Under the pieces are notes generated by a model. The model made no database searches and was not told where the DNA came from. It saw only the letters and a program-made list of their open reading frames with translations. The position numbers and the translations under genes were made by a program. From positions 2,046,001 through 2,110,000 of the forward strand of contig JAQGDQ010000003.1 in assembly GCA_030141605.1 (NCBI GenBank): a DNA stretch of 64,000 nucleotides, read 5' to 3'. Shown piece by piece: positions 33,501-47,116 of the stretch; the stretch's first letter is position 1, and each line of letters starts with the position of its first letter. The DNA comes from Tubiluchus corallicola. Lineage: Eukaryota > Animalia > Priapulida.

Positions 33501-36500
33501 ATGCGCAGTCAGTCATAACTTGCAAAAATTGCCACTTTCATATTTATAATTCCATTCTTTGAGATCGTAAGTAACACGCGCGGAAAGTTTTTTCCTGATC
33601 AACACCTTGACCTTGAAACACCAATTTTTCTGATAGGCCATACACATGTTTGCATCAGCTAGCAATGCATTTATGCCATCTTAAATACCACCAAGTTGAG
33701 TTATTTTGACTTTAGTGGTACATTGACGGCCATTTTGAATGACCTTGACCTTGAAACACCATTTTTCTGGCAGGTCATGTATGTTTGCATCAGCTGGCAA
33801 TGCATTTATGCCATCTTAAATGCCACCTAGTTGAGTTATTTTGAGACTTTAATGCTGCATTGAATTCAAAGTCCCATAACCTTTTCCCCAAAATTAATTT
33901 ATGCGGATTTTTAATATGCTGTTCTGGATGACCTTCTGGGTGTTTGTGCAAAAATTCAGTCATACACTTTTTTGTTAGGGTCAAACCTTATTTTGACAGA
34001 ACTATTAGTTTGTATCATGACTGGTCTGTGTAGTTCTGCTGGTGGTGCCTTGCCTATTTTTATGCAATACATTCCTAAAAAGTAGACACCGTTACCCATC
34101 TAAATTGGTATGGTAATCACGCAATACTGAAGAAGCGAGAAAATTATGCTTCTGAGTGATGGTTTAATTCTTTAATAATGTAAGACATTTTAGAAAAGCA
34201 ATATTTGCACTTCAGATACTTTGGATAGATTCTGATCTTACTAATGACATAAACAATAAAGCCTATAATGCATGGTACAAAAAACATACTGCGAGTATTA
34301 TGATGTGTTGAGCACGCCAACCCACTCAAACTGCAACATTTGCCACACATCTTGTTTTTACACCCTCTCTTTGGTATATTACCGCATTTCTGGAATTATT
34401 AAAAAAGTGATATTCCAAAAAAAATTCTAAAGTAAAACAGATCCTATACTTATACAAAACTAAAAGTAAACTGCTCATTCACATTCTAGAGTTTCCAAAT
34501 TCAAATGCACCCTCGCATTTTTTTGCCATTTCACAACGATTACAAAATGCTGGACTTGCACTACTGTAAAAAATAACTTTTTCTGCAAGCAGTTTATAAA
34601 CAAGTATAGAAAATTCAGTATGCAGGTAAGTAATACAGACAAAATCGTGTTCAGTTGCCTAAATATTAAAAATAAGGCAGGTGTAAAATTTACTTCTTTA
34701 CAAAAAATAAATAAATAAAAGTTATTTTTTACTGCTCAAATTCACTGCAGGTTCACTTTTAATGAGCAATGCTACACCCACGTGAGTATGACACGAAATA
34801 GCTATAAAAATTGGAAGGGACACTTTAATCTTAAGCACTATTTAGCACACATGTATAAGCAAGTAACAAAAGTGCTACTTACATCATTTTTTAGTATAAT
34901 AGCATGTGCAGAAAGAGAATGGAGTTGCAAAGCAATTAAAACCCAACTGAAATTCTAAAGCTTATCACAAAACCCTGCAGAATGTTTCAGAGAAATTTTT
35001 TTTGTTGAATATAACACACAATGTTCAAAAAGTAAAATATTTATAATCAGCAAATAACACTAAGGCACCTAAAAATTTGGCAGTGCTTTAGAGTGGGCTA
35101 ACACTCTTGTGATAGGAGTTAACTATAAACTCGACTCTAATAATAATTATTGCATCTGAAGGTAGTTCACAAGCATAGGCTGAACTACTTCACTGCATCA
35201 CAAAATATTTCACAGTATTTTGAATGTCAATATATAGTTTTTCTGAAGCAACTGTTGCCAAATTATTGAAAATAAGTGTAGAAAATTACCATATAAACTA
35301 CCACTTTAATCAAAACCAATTAATCGCTTAAATAATTTATTCAAATTACTTTTCATTTTGACAGTTGAAACAACGATGTATAACTTAAAATTTTAAAATG
35401 GGATTGAAAAGTTAGAACACAGCATAGACACAACAAAAAAATAGATTATTTAATTTTGTGAGTACACCAAAATTAAATAACGTTCAATTTGTAAATCATA
35501 TTCAGTTCGCAATGCACACTACCTGCATTGTTAATCTACACATGTATGAGTGTATGTACATTGTACATATAAATTAAGGAAGTACATAAATATATATTTA
35601 CGCATTTATTAGACTTAGTTCCACCAGAAGCACCTATCTCATCGTCAGATTCTGAGTCAGTCTGCATATCATATTTTTTCATGTCCGGTTCTATGCATGT
35701 AAAATTGCTTAACATTATAACTGAAATACCAATCTTTAATAGATAACAATCAAACTAATACTTAGTAAAGAGCAAAGCCCTTACAGCCATAAAGTTGCAA
35801 AAGCAAAAGAAAATGCTAAAAATGTAAACAAGCAAATGTATTACATAGAGGACTCCTATATCTGGAATAGAAAACGTCATTATGAATTGTGATAAGTGAA
35901 ATACGTATAGGTATTGTGGAAACTGATGGCAATTATATCCATCTCACATATTCTGGTTATTTGTGCCAGAGAAGAAATTTAGCTTAAGCAGTAAGCGGTT
36001 AGATTCTTTTATATTTTACTCTCTATAGCCTTAAACACTATAATGGCTGCAAAATGTTATGCAAGTTACAATATCACTTGTTTAAGCTTATTACCTGCCC
36101 TACTTAAATTTACATAGAAAAATAATTTTAAACTTATGAGTATACGCACTTGTTTTAACATCCATACAATCTCGTAGATATTGTTTCGTGAACTTCCTGT
36201 ATTTACAGCCATCTAGTGCTTTCTGCTTATCCTTGAATTGCATGCAGTCTGCCGCAGCTTCAAGACAGTCCAACATCCAAAAGTGAGCAGTTGCTATTTG
36301 AAAGAATTTCATTCTCAAGTCTTCACTCAATTTCAAGTCATCACAAACTTCTGTAAAAGAAGCAAAAGTTTTACTTATTTTGATGCTAAAGGAACTGTGT
36401 GACATTGACAGATAAAAATTCAGATGAGCTGTTTTAGACCCAGCAGTTAGATGACAAAGTGGATGCCCTGTAAACATAAAGTCCTACGTTCAGTTCTTGG

Positions 36501-39500
36501 GTGGGCCACAGTTTTTCAGTGCCTCCTCAATTAGTTAGCCATTAAACCAAATTGTTATAAGTATGACGCCTTCTAGTGCATATTCTGTGCACAATAAAAT
36601 GAATGGACCCAAAATCACCAATCTTTTTAGTTTAAAAAGTCAAAAGTCGTGGTGATAAGGTCAAAACATGCAAATCAACTGTGGCGCTGTGACACAATAT
36701 ACAATGATAGGTCAGTCACAAAACAAAATTATAACTGTAATGACTTCATGTAAGGACATGGGTTTGCACATCGAATGAGTGCCTGCTTGTTACAATGTTT
36801 TTTACAAAAACTTTTAACAACGTTTTATACCAGAAGGTAGTATTGTATCATATCGTACTGCTTTAAAATATATAATGTGTGTATCGTATCGCGTCGTATT
36901 GATAACGTATCGCGAAACTCGCGCGATTTACAAATGACAACAATAGACTAAACCAGCCCTTCAATTTCATTTGGTAAATTAGATGACACAGTTCCAACAC
37001 AGGACTTCTGGCAGATCTAAATTAGAAAATACCAGTCTGTACAATGCCAAATTTATTTACTAGGGCAACACCTGAGATTTTCATGAAACGAAACTGCCCA
37101 TCATTTATCAGATTTTAACAAAAATGAAGCATTTGAATGGGGACCAAAAAACAGAAACCTGAAAATACATAAAGCTCGCTGTTAACTTACTCTTAAGTAA
37201 TGATGCAACTTCCTCCCATTCTACTGTTCCCACACATGTACACTTTACAGTTTTGCAAGAGCAACTTGGGTCATAGCCGTCAGCGTTTTCCGCCAAAAAC
37301 CAGTCATGTATAAAATGTGCTATCTGGGAAAATATAAAACAAAATTGCAGTGATGCAAGCACCCTAAGGTGCCTGGTCTAGTGACAGGTTAGATTAATAA
37401 CACAGCATCAAGAAAGCCCAAGTATATAGAATAAGAAATAATAAGAAAGTAAATTATTATAAGAAGCAAAGTCTTGTAAGTGCATTTCTCAACTTTTGAG
37501 AAAAGGCGAAATGTTTAGTACGGGAGAAAGTTGTTCTAGATTTGTAAACTAGCACAGTTTTTTGGCTTTTGCAGTCATATTAGCTGCTACACAGGACAGG
37601 CATACTAACCAGCCACACAAGTAGCCAGCAAAAATAACACCATTTTTTCCGGCAGTGGCTCCCCTATTCTTAAAAAGATTTCATAGAATTGTATAACCGA
37701 CAACAAATAGATCCCAGAATGTCACAAACAGAAAATAACCAACAGCAGCGAACCACAGCCTTAGCTGTTCTAGTTAGAATCAATAGTTTCACTGCATCGA
37801 CAAGTAGAATTAAGCTATAAAATAAAGTTAAAAAAAGTACACTATTATAGTTTATTGACATTTATAGACTAACCTGTTCCACAGGCAAAACTTTGCCCAT
37901 TCCTATGAAAATCATGTCCATCTTTGGATCTACCGGATCTCCATAACTGCGCATTATTCTGATCAAGTCCATGGCTTTTTCACTGGAACATTCCAATTGC
38001 ATCAGTCCAGCAAGTAACCCACCAATATGTATTTCATTACCTATAGGAAAAACATTATATCACTATATTGTATCACGACTCATCGACGACTGTTATAAAG
38101 TCAGCCAAACTTGGTATAATGTGACATGCTGTAAAATAATGTTAAATGACAAAATACATAGTTTCATAATATTTTGGCAATGCAGGAAAATATTCAAACT
38201 AATAATGTACTTAAAGGGATTTTCGTCATCAAATTTTGTATCCCTTACATGTAATCCTATTGTGCACAAACTTGTATTAGCAGTAACACTGTATAAAACT
38301 TGAAAAATTAAAATGCTGCGATGACAGTTGCGAAGTGCCAATTCATCGATAAGTCATCTGAAACAAATTCAGATAACATTACGAAGAGCTTGAAAATTAA
38401 TCAGAGCATTCGTAGCATCCATTTTACAAGCTAGGTAAAAGTATAAATTACTTTATCTTGTCAGTAGCGTTAAAAATATATATTTTGGTGAGTCAATGAC
38501 ATTTTTTATGCAGCGTGTGGAAGTGTGAAACAGCGATATTTTACCATGGCACGGAAATTTTAAATTAAGAATTTTCTTTTTTAATTACATATGTCTTTCA
38601 AACAGGTAAGCGTAATGTTAAGTAATATAACTTTGTAAGGAAAAGTTTTTTGAGATGTATTTTAAATTTAATGTTTCTCCCTGTTAATAACTGAAATCAT
38701 TTACCTCTGTCTCTAATCCAAGCACAGACTAATTCATGCAGATCTGTACTCATTTCTTCAGAGTATTTTTTCTCAAGCTCAACAAGAAAGCGAGCCCATT
38801 CAACTGCAGAAGGATTCCAGAGGAAAAACACTTTGTTTAAAACTGTAAACAAACAATAATTAATGATGCAAGGTCTTTACAAATATGTAGTCTAGGAAAC
38901 CAGTGAAAAATTTGGGTTTTTAAAACATCTTAATGCTTTCCATCCCAGTGGCACAACTACGCTTATGTGCCCCTCCCCAGTAAATGATTAAATAGTCCCT
39001 AACTATGTAGCAATAGCACAAAGCTCCCCTAACCAGTAACCTGAATATAGGTGTGGGAGAACATTGGAACCACTCGAGTGGGGATGCATTTTCTTAGTGA
39101 TATTGCAGCAGTTAAGAGCTGTTTAATGAGCATTATCATGTTAAAGTATTAGCATAAGTTAAAGACTCGTTCATTAACAATTTGTATATACTAAACATTT
39201 AAAGATATGATTTGGGTAAGTGATATGTTTTGCTGAAATGAAACATGTACTTTAACTAGGCCCTCTAACAATCTTAAATGCAGCAAAATAGTGTAATGGC
39301 TTTTATCTAAAGCGTTGTTTTCCTATAGCTTTCTTATTAGCGAAACATTATAATTTAACTTTGGTTTATTTTCCTTTTTATAAAAGTTGAAGCACCTTTT
39401 ATAGTTTTATAAGTTTAGGATCCAATTAGAAACAACATTTAAAATTACTTAGTGTTTTTAACATAGCTAACTGTTCACAAACCAAAAGTCATGTTTTGAA

Positions 39501-40334
39501 ATTGTTTCAATTAACGTAAAGGTTAACTTGTGGAAGGAAAAATACGAACCCAGACACTGCTAGCTTACACTTTCTCAAGTGAAGTTACTGGTGCACTCTG
39601 ACCGAGTTGCTAAGTATGAACGCTTGGCAGCTTAACTAGATAGACGACAGGTATATGATCACATACATGTCTTTTGGTGCAACTCCTGACTTGCTTCAAA
39701 ATTCTTGATTGTCGCTTTCATTAAACCACCAGCCGAATTCTATGACTTACCCATCAGATCAGCTAATTATTGTCTCAAATTTTGTTACTAATTTCTGTTT
39801 TACAAGGAATTACATAGGCTAAATTAATTGTTATGAAATTGCTGCTTGCTATTTAATTATCATATTAATGTTAAACATATAAATTAGATAACAGTTGCGT
39901 ACAAATTTGATGCACTTGTTAAAATTACCATCTAAATAAATAATTAACTTTAGCACATGTTTAATCTCACTCACCAAAGTCAGATAGACCTGAAGTAACA
40001 GCCAATTGAAACTATTGAGCCTATACGCCTGCGCGGTTGATAGTTGCTACTGAACTTGAAATAATTAATGTAGCAGGCGGTTGCTGTACAAAAACTCAAG
40101 GGCATATACACGTTTAGGTCAGCAGCCAAATTTGATCATTCATTTTCTGTTAAGGTTGTCACTCAGTATACTGTTACCAGCTAAGCTTTAAACAAGCCTG
40201 ATTTAATATTCGTCAAATTGTAACAAGCTAAGCAGTTTTGTAATTTTATCCAGAAAAACTTTCAAGGCAGAAAGGCCTGCTGCAATGCGGGCACTTGCTG
40301 CATAGCAGTTACACCACTGTTTCTACTCCCACCC

Positions 40335-40380
<46 letters not shown>

Positions 40381-43300
40381 TTGCCCATCTCCCCTTTTCC
40401 CCAACCCCGACTCTTGCACCAAACTCCTTCTAACTCACTTTACATATTTTTTCCATTCACTCATTACTAAGATGGTCATGCTGTCAAGTGGTCACAGTAT
40501 GCACACTTGTCAGTGAACTGGGTTCTGGCCTTGCAGCAACCACCAATGTAATAGGCCCTGCAGTTAAGTGCACTTGATATGGTAATATGATACGTAAACA
40601 TTACATTTTTTATATTAAAATACAAATTATGAAATCTATAGTATATTTCAGAAGAACTTACTTGTGCTCCATGACACAATGCCATCAACGTTGCAACAGT
40701 AATCAATCATGTTAAATGCTTCTATCAAGTGTACAAAGCTGCTATAGTGCCAAAAAGTGAGGGTATAAGCTAAAAAAAGGCAAGCAAAGACCTTAAAAGT
40801 AAGAATAAAATCATGTATCAAAAACACATTCTACAATATTATTTCTCCAGTTATTTAATGTCTGACAATCGAATGAGGCTAAGACATCTCTGTCGAATCG
40901 TCGATTCACTGTGAACTATTTAGAATATTACCTTGACAATGAGTTTTAGTCTTGCCATAAAAATCAACATAACAAGTACTTTTAACCATTGAGTACTGTA
41001 TACTCATGCTAATGTATATAAAAAATTAAAAATAGAAACAATTTTTGAATATATCTGTTAAAAATTAATGGAATATGATGATCATGATTCTACTCCTTGC
41101 GCTTACTTGTGTTTTATGCGCCGGTGTTACTCCAGATACTTGTAATTCACAATTTAAGCATCGTTTTTATATTGAATAGTTACTGTGTTAGATGTGTTTG
41201 AACAAGATGATGTTATTTATACAGAAGTGTGTTCTCTAACTCAATTTATCATTGGGATGTTACTTAAATATGATACAGTGTGTTCAAAAGCCAATAATAT
41301 TTTAGTTTACATCATGAAAAACTATAAAAATAGTTCTTGCCTTCCAATTTTTCAAATAATTTTTCAAGAAGCCCATTAAGTTTCTGATCCATCTCATCAA
41401 TAAACTCGTTGGTAGAAACACTATCGCTGTCATCATTTTTAGCATCATTGTTGCCGTGTTTAGCATCATTCTCATTATCTACAAGGTAAAAGAAAGTAAG
41501 GTACGAAAGCTGCATTTCTAAATAACTAAAAAGAAGTAAAATCTTGAACATTTGTTTTCTTATTAAACCCAATAAAAAGTACGTTAGGTTAGACTAATAT
41601 TGAAAAAACCCAAATTAGTCGGTAGATGGGATTTTATTTTTTCTTTATCTTTTTAAATCATAATGAACATCATGTGTGCTAATTATATAATAGAAAAGTA
41701 TAATCAGCAACTAAATAGCCTTTACAGCTACATGCTAACACCTTGTAATGCAATTTCACTTTTCACGAAGATATAACACAGACTAAGCCATACTTAGGTG
41801 TAACCATAGTTTGTTCATTCAACTGAACTTGATTACAAATTTGCTACTTCTGCCAGCATATTATTAAAACGAAATGCATTCGGAAGGGCAGCAATGACAA
41901 CATTAAAGAGACACGTTTTATATATATTTGAATAGGAGCAGCCCATACTAGACGTTTTTGAGGCAATTACATGTCCGATTCTATTAACTGTGAGTCTACA
42001 AATAGCACCCACTGTATTTTAAATTGATTATTAATAGATATAAAATATAGCTTTTAGATGTTAACAATGTAGAAAATGTTTACGGCCAACTTGGAATTCT
42101 AATTTATAATTTAATAGAGTTCTGTATTAATATTTTACAAATAGCTTTTCGAGTGACTGTCAGCACAAATTTCAAAAAATTCAAATGACAATCTCTTATG
42201 CATGTTGTCAAAATAGGAGTTACTAAGTCACACTGGCCGAGATTGTCATTCTTGATATTCTTCCAGAAATTGCAAAATGCAAGCTGTAGTAAATGCAGGT
42301 GCACACAGTTGTTGATCAGTGGCACCTAATTAAACAGATCAGTATTCTTGCCCGCTGCTCAAGTTATTCATATGTTTTCATAATATTTTATGGTAGGCTG
42401 ATAAAAGTTGGGACCCTCGCTCACAATTACATTTTTTTAATCTATGTTTGCTTAAGAGAATTTGAATAACCTAACTATGTGTAAGCAAGTGTTTCATTGC
42501 CTAAATTTCTTTTCAAATTGATTGTTATACAGAGCATCAATTGATCTGCAAACTACAACATTGTACGACTTCAATGAAGCATAGTAGGCTTAGTGGATTC
42601 AGACTTTTTTACCAGATCTAGAAAACTGGATCCATTTGAAAATCTGGTTCAGATCCGGTCCAAACCCTAGTTTAAACGACTAACTAATACATGCTTTGGC
42701 TGTAAAAACAAACTGAACAAAAACTAAAGTCTCATATTTAGTTTGCAACCTTTCCCAAACATTGACGGAAAATTTTAGCATATAATTTTAACATCATTAA
42801 ATCACAATAGTAGAGCTAGCAGCTGTGCCAAAATAGTGGCATCCCAGCAAATAGTGTCAATACTTGTGTAGGAAACAATTTCAAAATAATGAAGCATAAT
42901 GGATTTTTAATGGTTGATGCACTGCTGCCTGTTGAGATTGTAAGTTCTTCTGATTACTATAGCAACATGATGTCACTGTGTAAAACGTAATTCAGCATAC
43001 AGCAAAGTCATCCTGTAAAAATTAGTATTGTCAAAGTTACAACTCAAATTTTCAAGTTGGCTACCAAAATTTGTCCTTGCCAATTTTCTGGTGTTACTTG
43101 CACCCGAAGCAGTTCAGTACCTGGCTTAGACTTCACTTCCTCTTTGATTGCTTCAAACATGCGTATCACTTCAGTTGATACAATAATCGCCTTTCCTCTT
43201 GTATCTTTAGTTTGATTAAATGGATCCTGCATCAACTAAAAAAATATTTGTAATAAGATTTTAATAAGTGTGACTGAGTGAATGAAATTCTAGTGAAAAA

Positions 43301-46300
43301 AACTGCATCTTCTTTGCTCAGGTGAATGACAACATAACAAGAAGTGATGATTGACATGCATTTTAAATGTATTTACCCAATTAATAAAAACTGTGAGTAT
43401 AAATCACTGAATGCTAAATTTCACTTACTGGATTCGCTGAATTAACATTCATGACAGCCAAACCAGAGAAACATGAACGCATTCCAGGTACTTTGTTAAG
43501 GTCATTTTTTGTGTCATTTAATTTCTCTTTCTCAACAACTTGGGAAACAACCAAACCAGAAAAGCATGAATGTATTTCAGGTTCTTTGTTTAAATCATTT
43601 TCGGTGTCATTCGATTCTTTTTTCTTAACAGCTTGGACAGCAGCTTCATTACTAGAACCTCGGTTTAGTGCTCCATCCAGCGTCTTGAAGGCAGAACGCT
43701 CCTGCTTTACTTCACCCAGTATATTCTTGGCTATGGCACTTTGAGAATTTATAGCAATTTCTTCCTGTTTTAGCTTCTCATAAGAATAAACAAATTTCTC
43801 GGCAAAGCTCAAGCCAGCTGTGCTTGCAGATCTAAAGGATGGTGGTACACATGACGTGATAGGTGGTAAATTCTCCTCATCGCTGCCAGGGTTAGGACTA
43901 GTACTACAATTAATATTAAAAGTAAAAATATGTACTAGCTCCAAAGTAAAGCTATGGGTTTACTATGCTTTTAGTTACAAGGCAACATTATGCACGGTGA
44001 ACACAGTATTTTTACAACATCAGAAATTTACAACAAATACATTATAAACAATTCAATCAATTGCAGTATACTGAATGCCTATCAAAGTTATACCACCTCG
44101 CTTATATCACCTATACGTGGATTAGGGGTCTGCAAGAAATCAATCTTGTATCAAGTCTCTCCAGAAATTGCATTTCTCATCTTGATGATGGATGAGAAAA
44201 TAGTTGGTCAAAAAAGAGAAATGGTCACAGCAATGAAAGCCATTGATTTCGAAAAAATTTTCTTACTTAGCTAAATGAATTGTCCTAATCGTCATGCCAA
44301 GATAATTTGATTACTAATTTTGTTGCTGTTTGTGGTATTATAAATATTTTGTACAAGAAAGCTGTCATTTTGAGCATGCATGACAGAATATCTTTGGCTT
44401 CTTTGTTTACACAAATACAAAATGTAATTTTCAATGACTACTCATCTAACTGAATCAGAAAACCTATATGAAAACACAATACTCTAAACTTTGCAAAATC
44501 GCCCATGTTCTTCATGCAACCAAAGGTGCTCTCGCATAAGTGAAGTGGCAGAATAAGGTACTGCAAACTTTGCTCCTTACATAAAAAACATTTAATCATT
44601 ATCTTTTTAGTTACATATTAAATGAATTTTTAAAATTGTTAGCACTCATTGTAGATGCCCTGTATTACTGTTGCAAAATTCAGTGGGAATAATTTTTTAC
44701 TATATATTATATCCGAATACTTTTCGTAAACTTTCATTTGAAATCACTAATTTAGTCGCTTTTTCTCATTTTTTTTTACAAATTATGAACTTAAAAAGAA
44801 TTTCAAATTCAGAGCAAAATACAAGTTACCTCTTTCTATGACGAAACCAGCATCTGTTACCAAATTTGCAGCTGTTTACTTGAAAATAAGGGCAATCCTA
44901 AATAACGAAAAATTACAACAATTTATTAAGTTTGCTAACCATATAATCATCGCCTCAAATTTTGCAATAACAAAAAACAATTCACCACTACATTAATAAT
45001 CAATAAAAATATTAATAACCTCAGCAAGCTGAAGCTTTTAATTACTTCTGTTAACCAGTTACAGCTCCCCTTGCTTTGAATGCATTTGAAACAGAATAAC
45101 AAACACCAGTAGAGCTATTTAAGCAAACACTGGATTTGTAAAATTTGGGTGTAAAAGTTAAACAACATTATTTGAAAACAAAACAAATTCTTTCAGTATC
45201 ATCCATGAACCTAGGTTAACCATTTTTATACGTAGTTTTGCACTTCAAGACAAGGAGGCATACAATGCCGAAACATCGACAAAGTTTACTTAATTACATA
45301 TACAATGACAACTGCTAATCAAAAATTAAGAATCAGTTATTCTGAATTTTTCTGAATATCACATGACTCACATAGCATGATAGCACAATCTATGTGTAGA
45401 ATAGATTCATTCTGGGCTTTCCTCAAACATAAGTTTCGAATATTTCTAGTTTCTGCCATGTAACACAACTTTTGCGTGTAAAAAGTAAATTATGGTACAG
45501 GACTTAAACGCATGTCATGCATTTATAAAAAACAAATGTTGTATACTGTATATTCAAATCTGTTATGCACAGACTGTTTGATTATTACAATGGCTAAACA
45601 TTGTGTGGTTTTTAAGATCTGGCAAATGTGGCATACATTGTTACTGCAATGTCTTTATGGGAAGGAAAGTTGCCTGTATTAAGTAAACTACTGCACTGGA
45701 CTGATTGTTATACATTTAGCATCTACAGTACACTCTACAGCTGCAGCTTGATTTACTTTACATCGTTTCTATCAGCATACGGTCAAGTGCATGCTAATTT
45801 GCCAAGTATCATTGACTTAGATTATAATGGTACGAGTGCACTTGGTGACACGCATAACGTAATAAAAGATATCATGATGCACCAATACGTTGATGTATCG
45901 TTAGAGGCCTGGTCACTATACGCCATGCTGTTTATCGATGTTTACAAGATATTTTAGACAACATCTTCTAAGACACCTAGCTCATACAATTAAGATAGTT
46001 CAAAGATATAATTTTCAGACTTTGGAAAATCTCCAACTAAAGCAAGTAACGATAATCCATAAACTTTTTTTAAAGGAAGTTATATTTAGTAGTTAACTTA
46101 GATTTGCTGGAGACGAACATTGCTTACTAACTGCCATGATATGGACAATTGAAACTACAACTTACTAAACAAAGCACATTAAACTATGTGCATTAAAACA
46201 TGATAAATAAGTAATCACAAATGATACATATATATCTCACCGGACGTCGCGCTTCATCATGCGACTCTCTACATCTATCTCCATCCCGGCAGTATCCCCG

Positions 46301-46360
46301 CATGTAGTAAAAACAGAAATTATTAGCTCTCGCTTCTCTCGCTGCTATTGTAGGCTCCAT
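30512..46360 (-). CDS. Uncharacterised protein with two N-terminal CCCH zinc fingers, a central helical region and C-terminal cysteine-containing-type LRRs; 14 exons, about 804 aa
   Basis: Phase-consistent chain: 46241-46360, 44830-44897, 43429-43903, 43121-43235, 41341-41478 (GC donor), 38705-38842, 37874-38040, 37191-37323, 36150-36350, 35634-35690, 32652-32784, 32232-32320, 31955-32106, 30512-30940 (2415 nt, no internal stop). Fingers CFYYMRGYCRDGDRCRESH and CPYFQVNSCKFGNRCWFRH fit C-x7-C-x5-C-x3-H. LRRs: VKDDHIRTIIEKCPDLEVLEL, LTDDVIIELISKAPNLRYLRLTSC, LTDAAFKAVVNTCKHIEALEI, APKLKYLCL. Could instead be two adjacent genes. Confidence 0.72.
31076..31519. mobile_element. hAT-type MITE (444 bp) in the last intron of the CCCH-LRR gene
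   Basis: Imperfect TIRs TAGGGGTGAGCATT and AATGTTCATCCCTA; perfect 8-bp TSD CCACTGAC (31068-31075, 31520-31527). Subterminal TTCGAA palindromes cluster at both ends, and there is an internal duplication of TTTTGTCATTAAAACATTTTAAACAT. Confidence 0.92.
32920..33945. mobile_element. Foldback-like non-autonomous DNA element with long subterminal inverted repeats and a Cys-rich coding relic
   Basis: Left units (CAAGGTCATTCA..ATGGCCGCC..AAAGTCAAAATAA, about 33020-33225) are inverted relative to right units (TTATTTTGACTTT..GGCCATTTTGAATGACCTTGACCTTG, about 33600-33860). The central minus-strand relic reads VVQCKYK..SCQAHGLYCVAAYFNCHG*SCQN. Termini and TSD not resolved. Confidence 0.6.
39540..39615 (-). 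mobile_element. Possible decayed tRNA-derived SINE head
   Basis: The minus strand has an A-box-like TAGCAACTCGGTCAGAGTGC and a B-box-like GGGTTCGTAT at tRNA-like spacing; I could not fold a cloverleaf. Confidence 0.3.
40338..40377. repeat. (CT)n microsatellite
   Basis: Directly visible. Confidence 0.95.
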
Positions 46361-46572
46361 ACCAAAATGTGAACCTCACAAATGATAGGCAAACTTTGTC
46401 AAAAGTCAATAAAAAATATTAAACAACAGTCTAAATGCTCAAGCTGCACAGGTCTGTAAACAGAGGTGCAGGGCTGCAAGGCTCATTGGCACGTCGCTCC
46501 AGCACTTCCGTAAAATAAACAGCAGGGAATTTACTTATTTAATGCTAGTTTTTAAACTGTGTGCATGAATTA

Positions 46573-47116
46573 CCGTATTTTCCCATGTATAAGAGACCCT
46601 TTTTTGCTCAGAATTTTCACTTTAAAAATAGGGGTCTCTTATACATGGGAGTAAGTCTTTTCAATAAGATGCATAAATTGTGACACTAATGATTTTAAAG
46701 AAATAAGTGCTCTACAACTGTTTTATTTCGAATAATTATAGTTTCCTTTCAATAAATCTTCTCCATGGCTAAATTCTAATGATAAAATTAATGTACCGGG
46801 TAAGTTATTATTTTTTTAAATGTCTCTTTGGTATTGGAGAGAAATCGATTGTTCTGCAGCCAATCAACACATCTGCATAAGCTCTCTGCACGCCCGTCGA
46901 CGTCATTGATACGTCGGCAGAGGTCAACGAGATGAGTCAGCCTAAGCAAGGCGTGTCGCGTTCGACTATGAAGCGGTTTTGAGCAGAGTGAGGAATTTAA
47001 TGATTTCTATGATGAATAAAGTTATTCATTACCAAAAAACTTTTTTCCAGAATTTTTGCCTAAAAATTGAAGGGGTCTCTTATACACAAGGGTCTCTTAT
47101 ACATGGGAAAATACGG
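46573..47116. mobile_element. Tc1/mariner (pogo-like) MITE, 544 bp
   Basis: Perfect 29-bp TIRs CCGTATTTTCCCATGTATAAGAGACCCTT, TA on both sides, and additional internal GGGTCTCTTATAC motifs near 46632 and 47074. Confidence 0.93.

Noticed and set aside
44095-44142. Candidate small exon TPNPRIGDISEV in the CCCH-LRR gene
   Set aside because: Open only in phase 0, whereas its neighbours require phase 2; 44830 splices directly to 43903.
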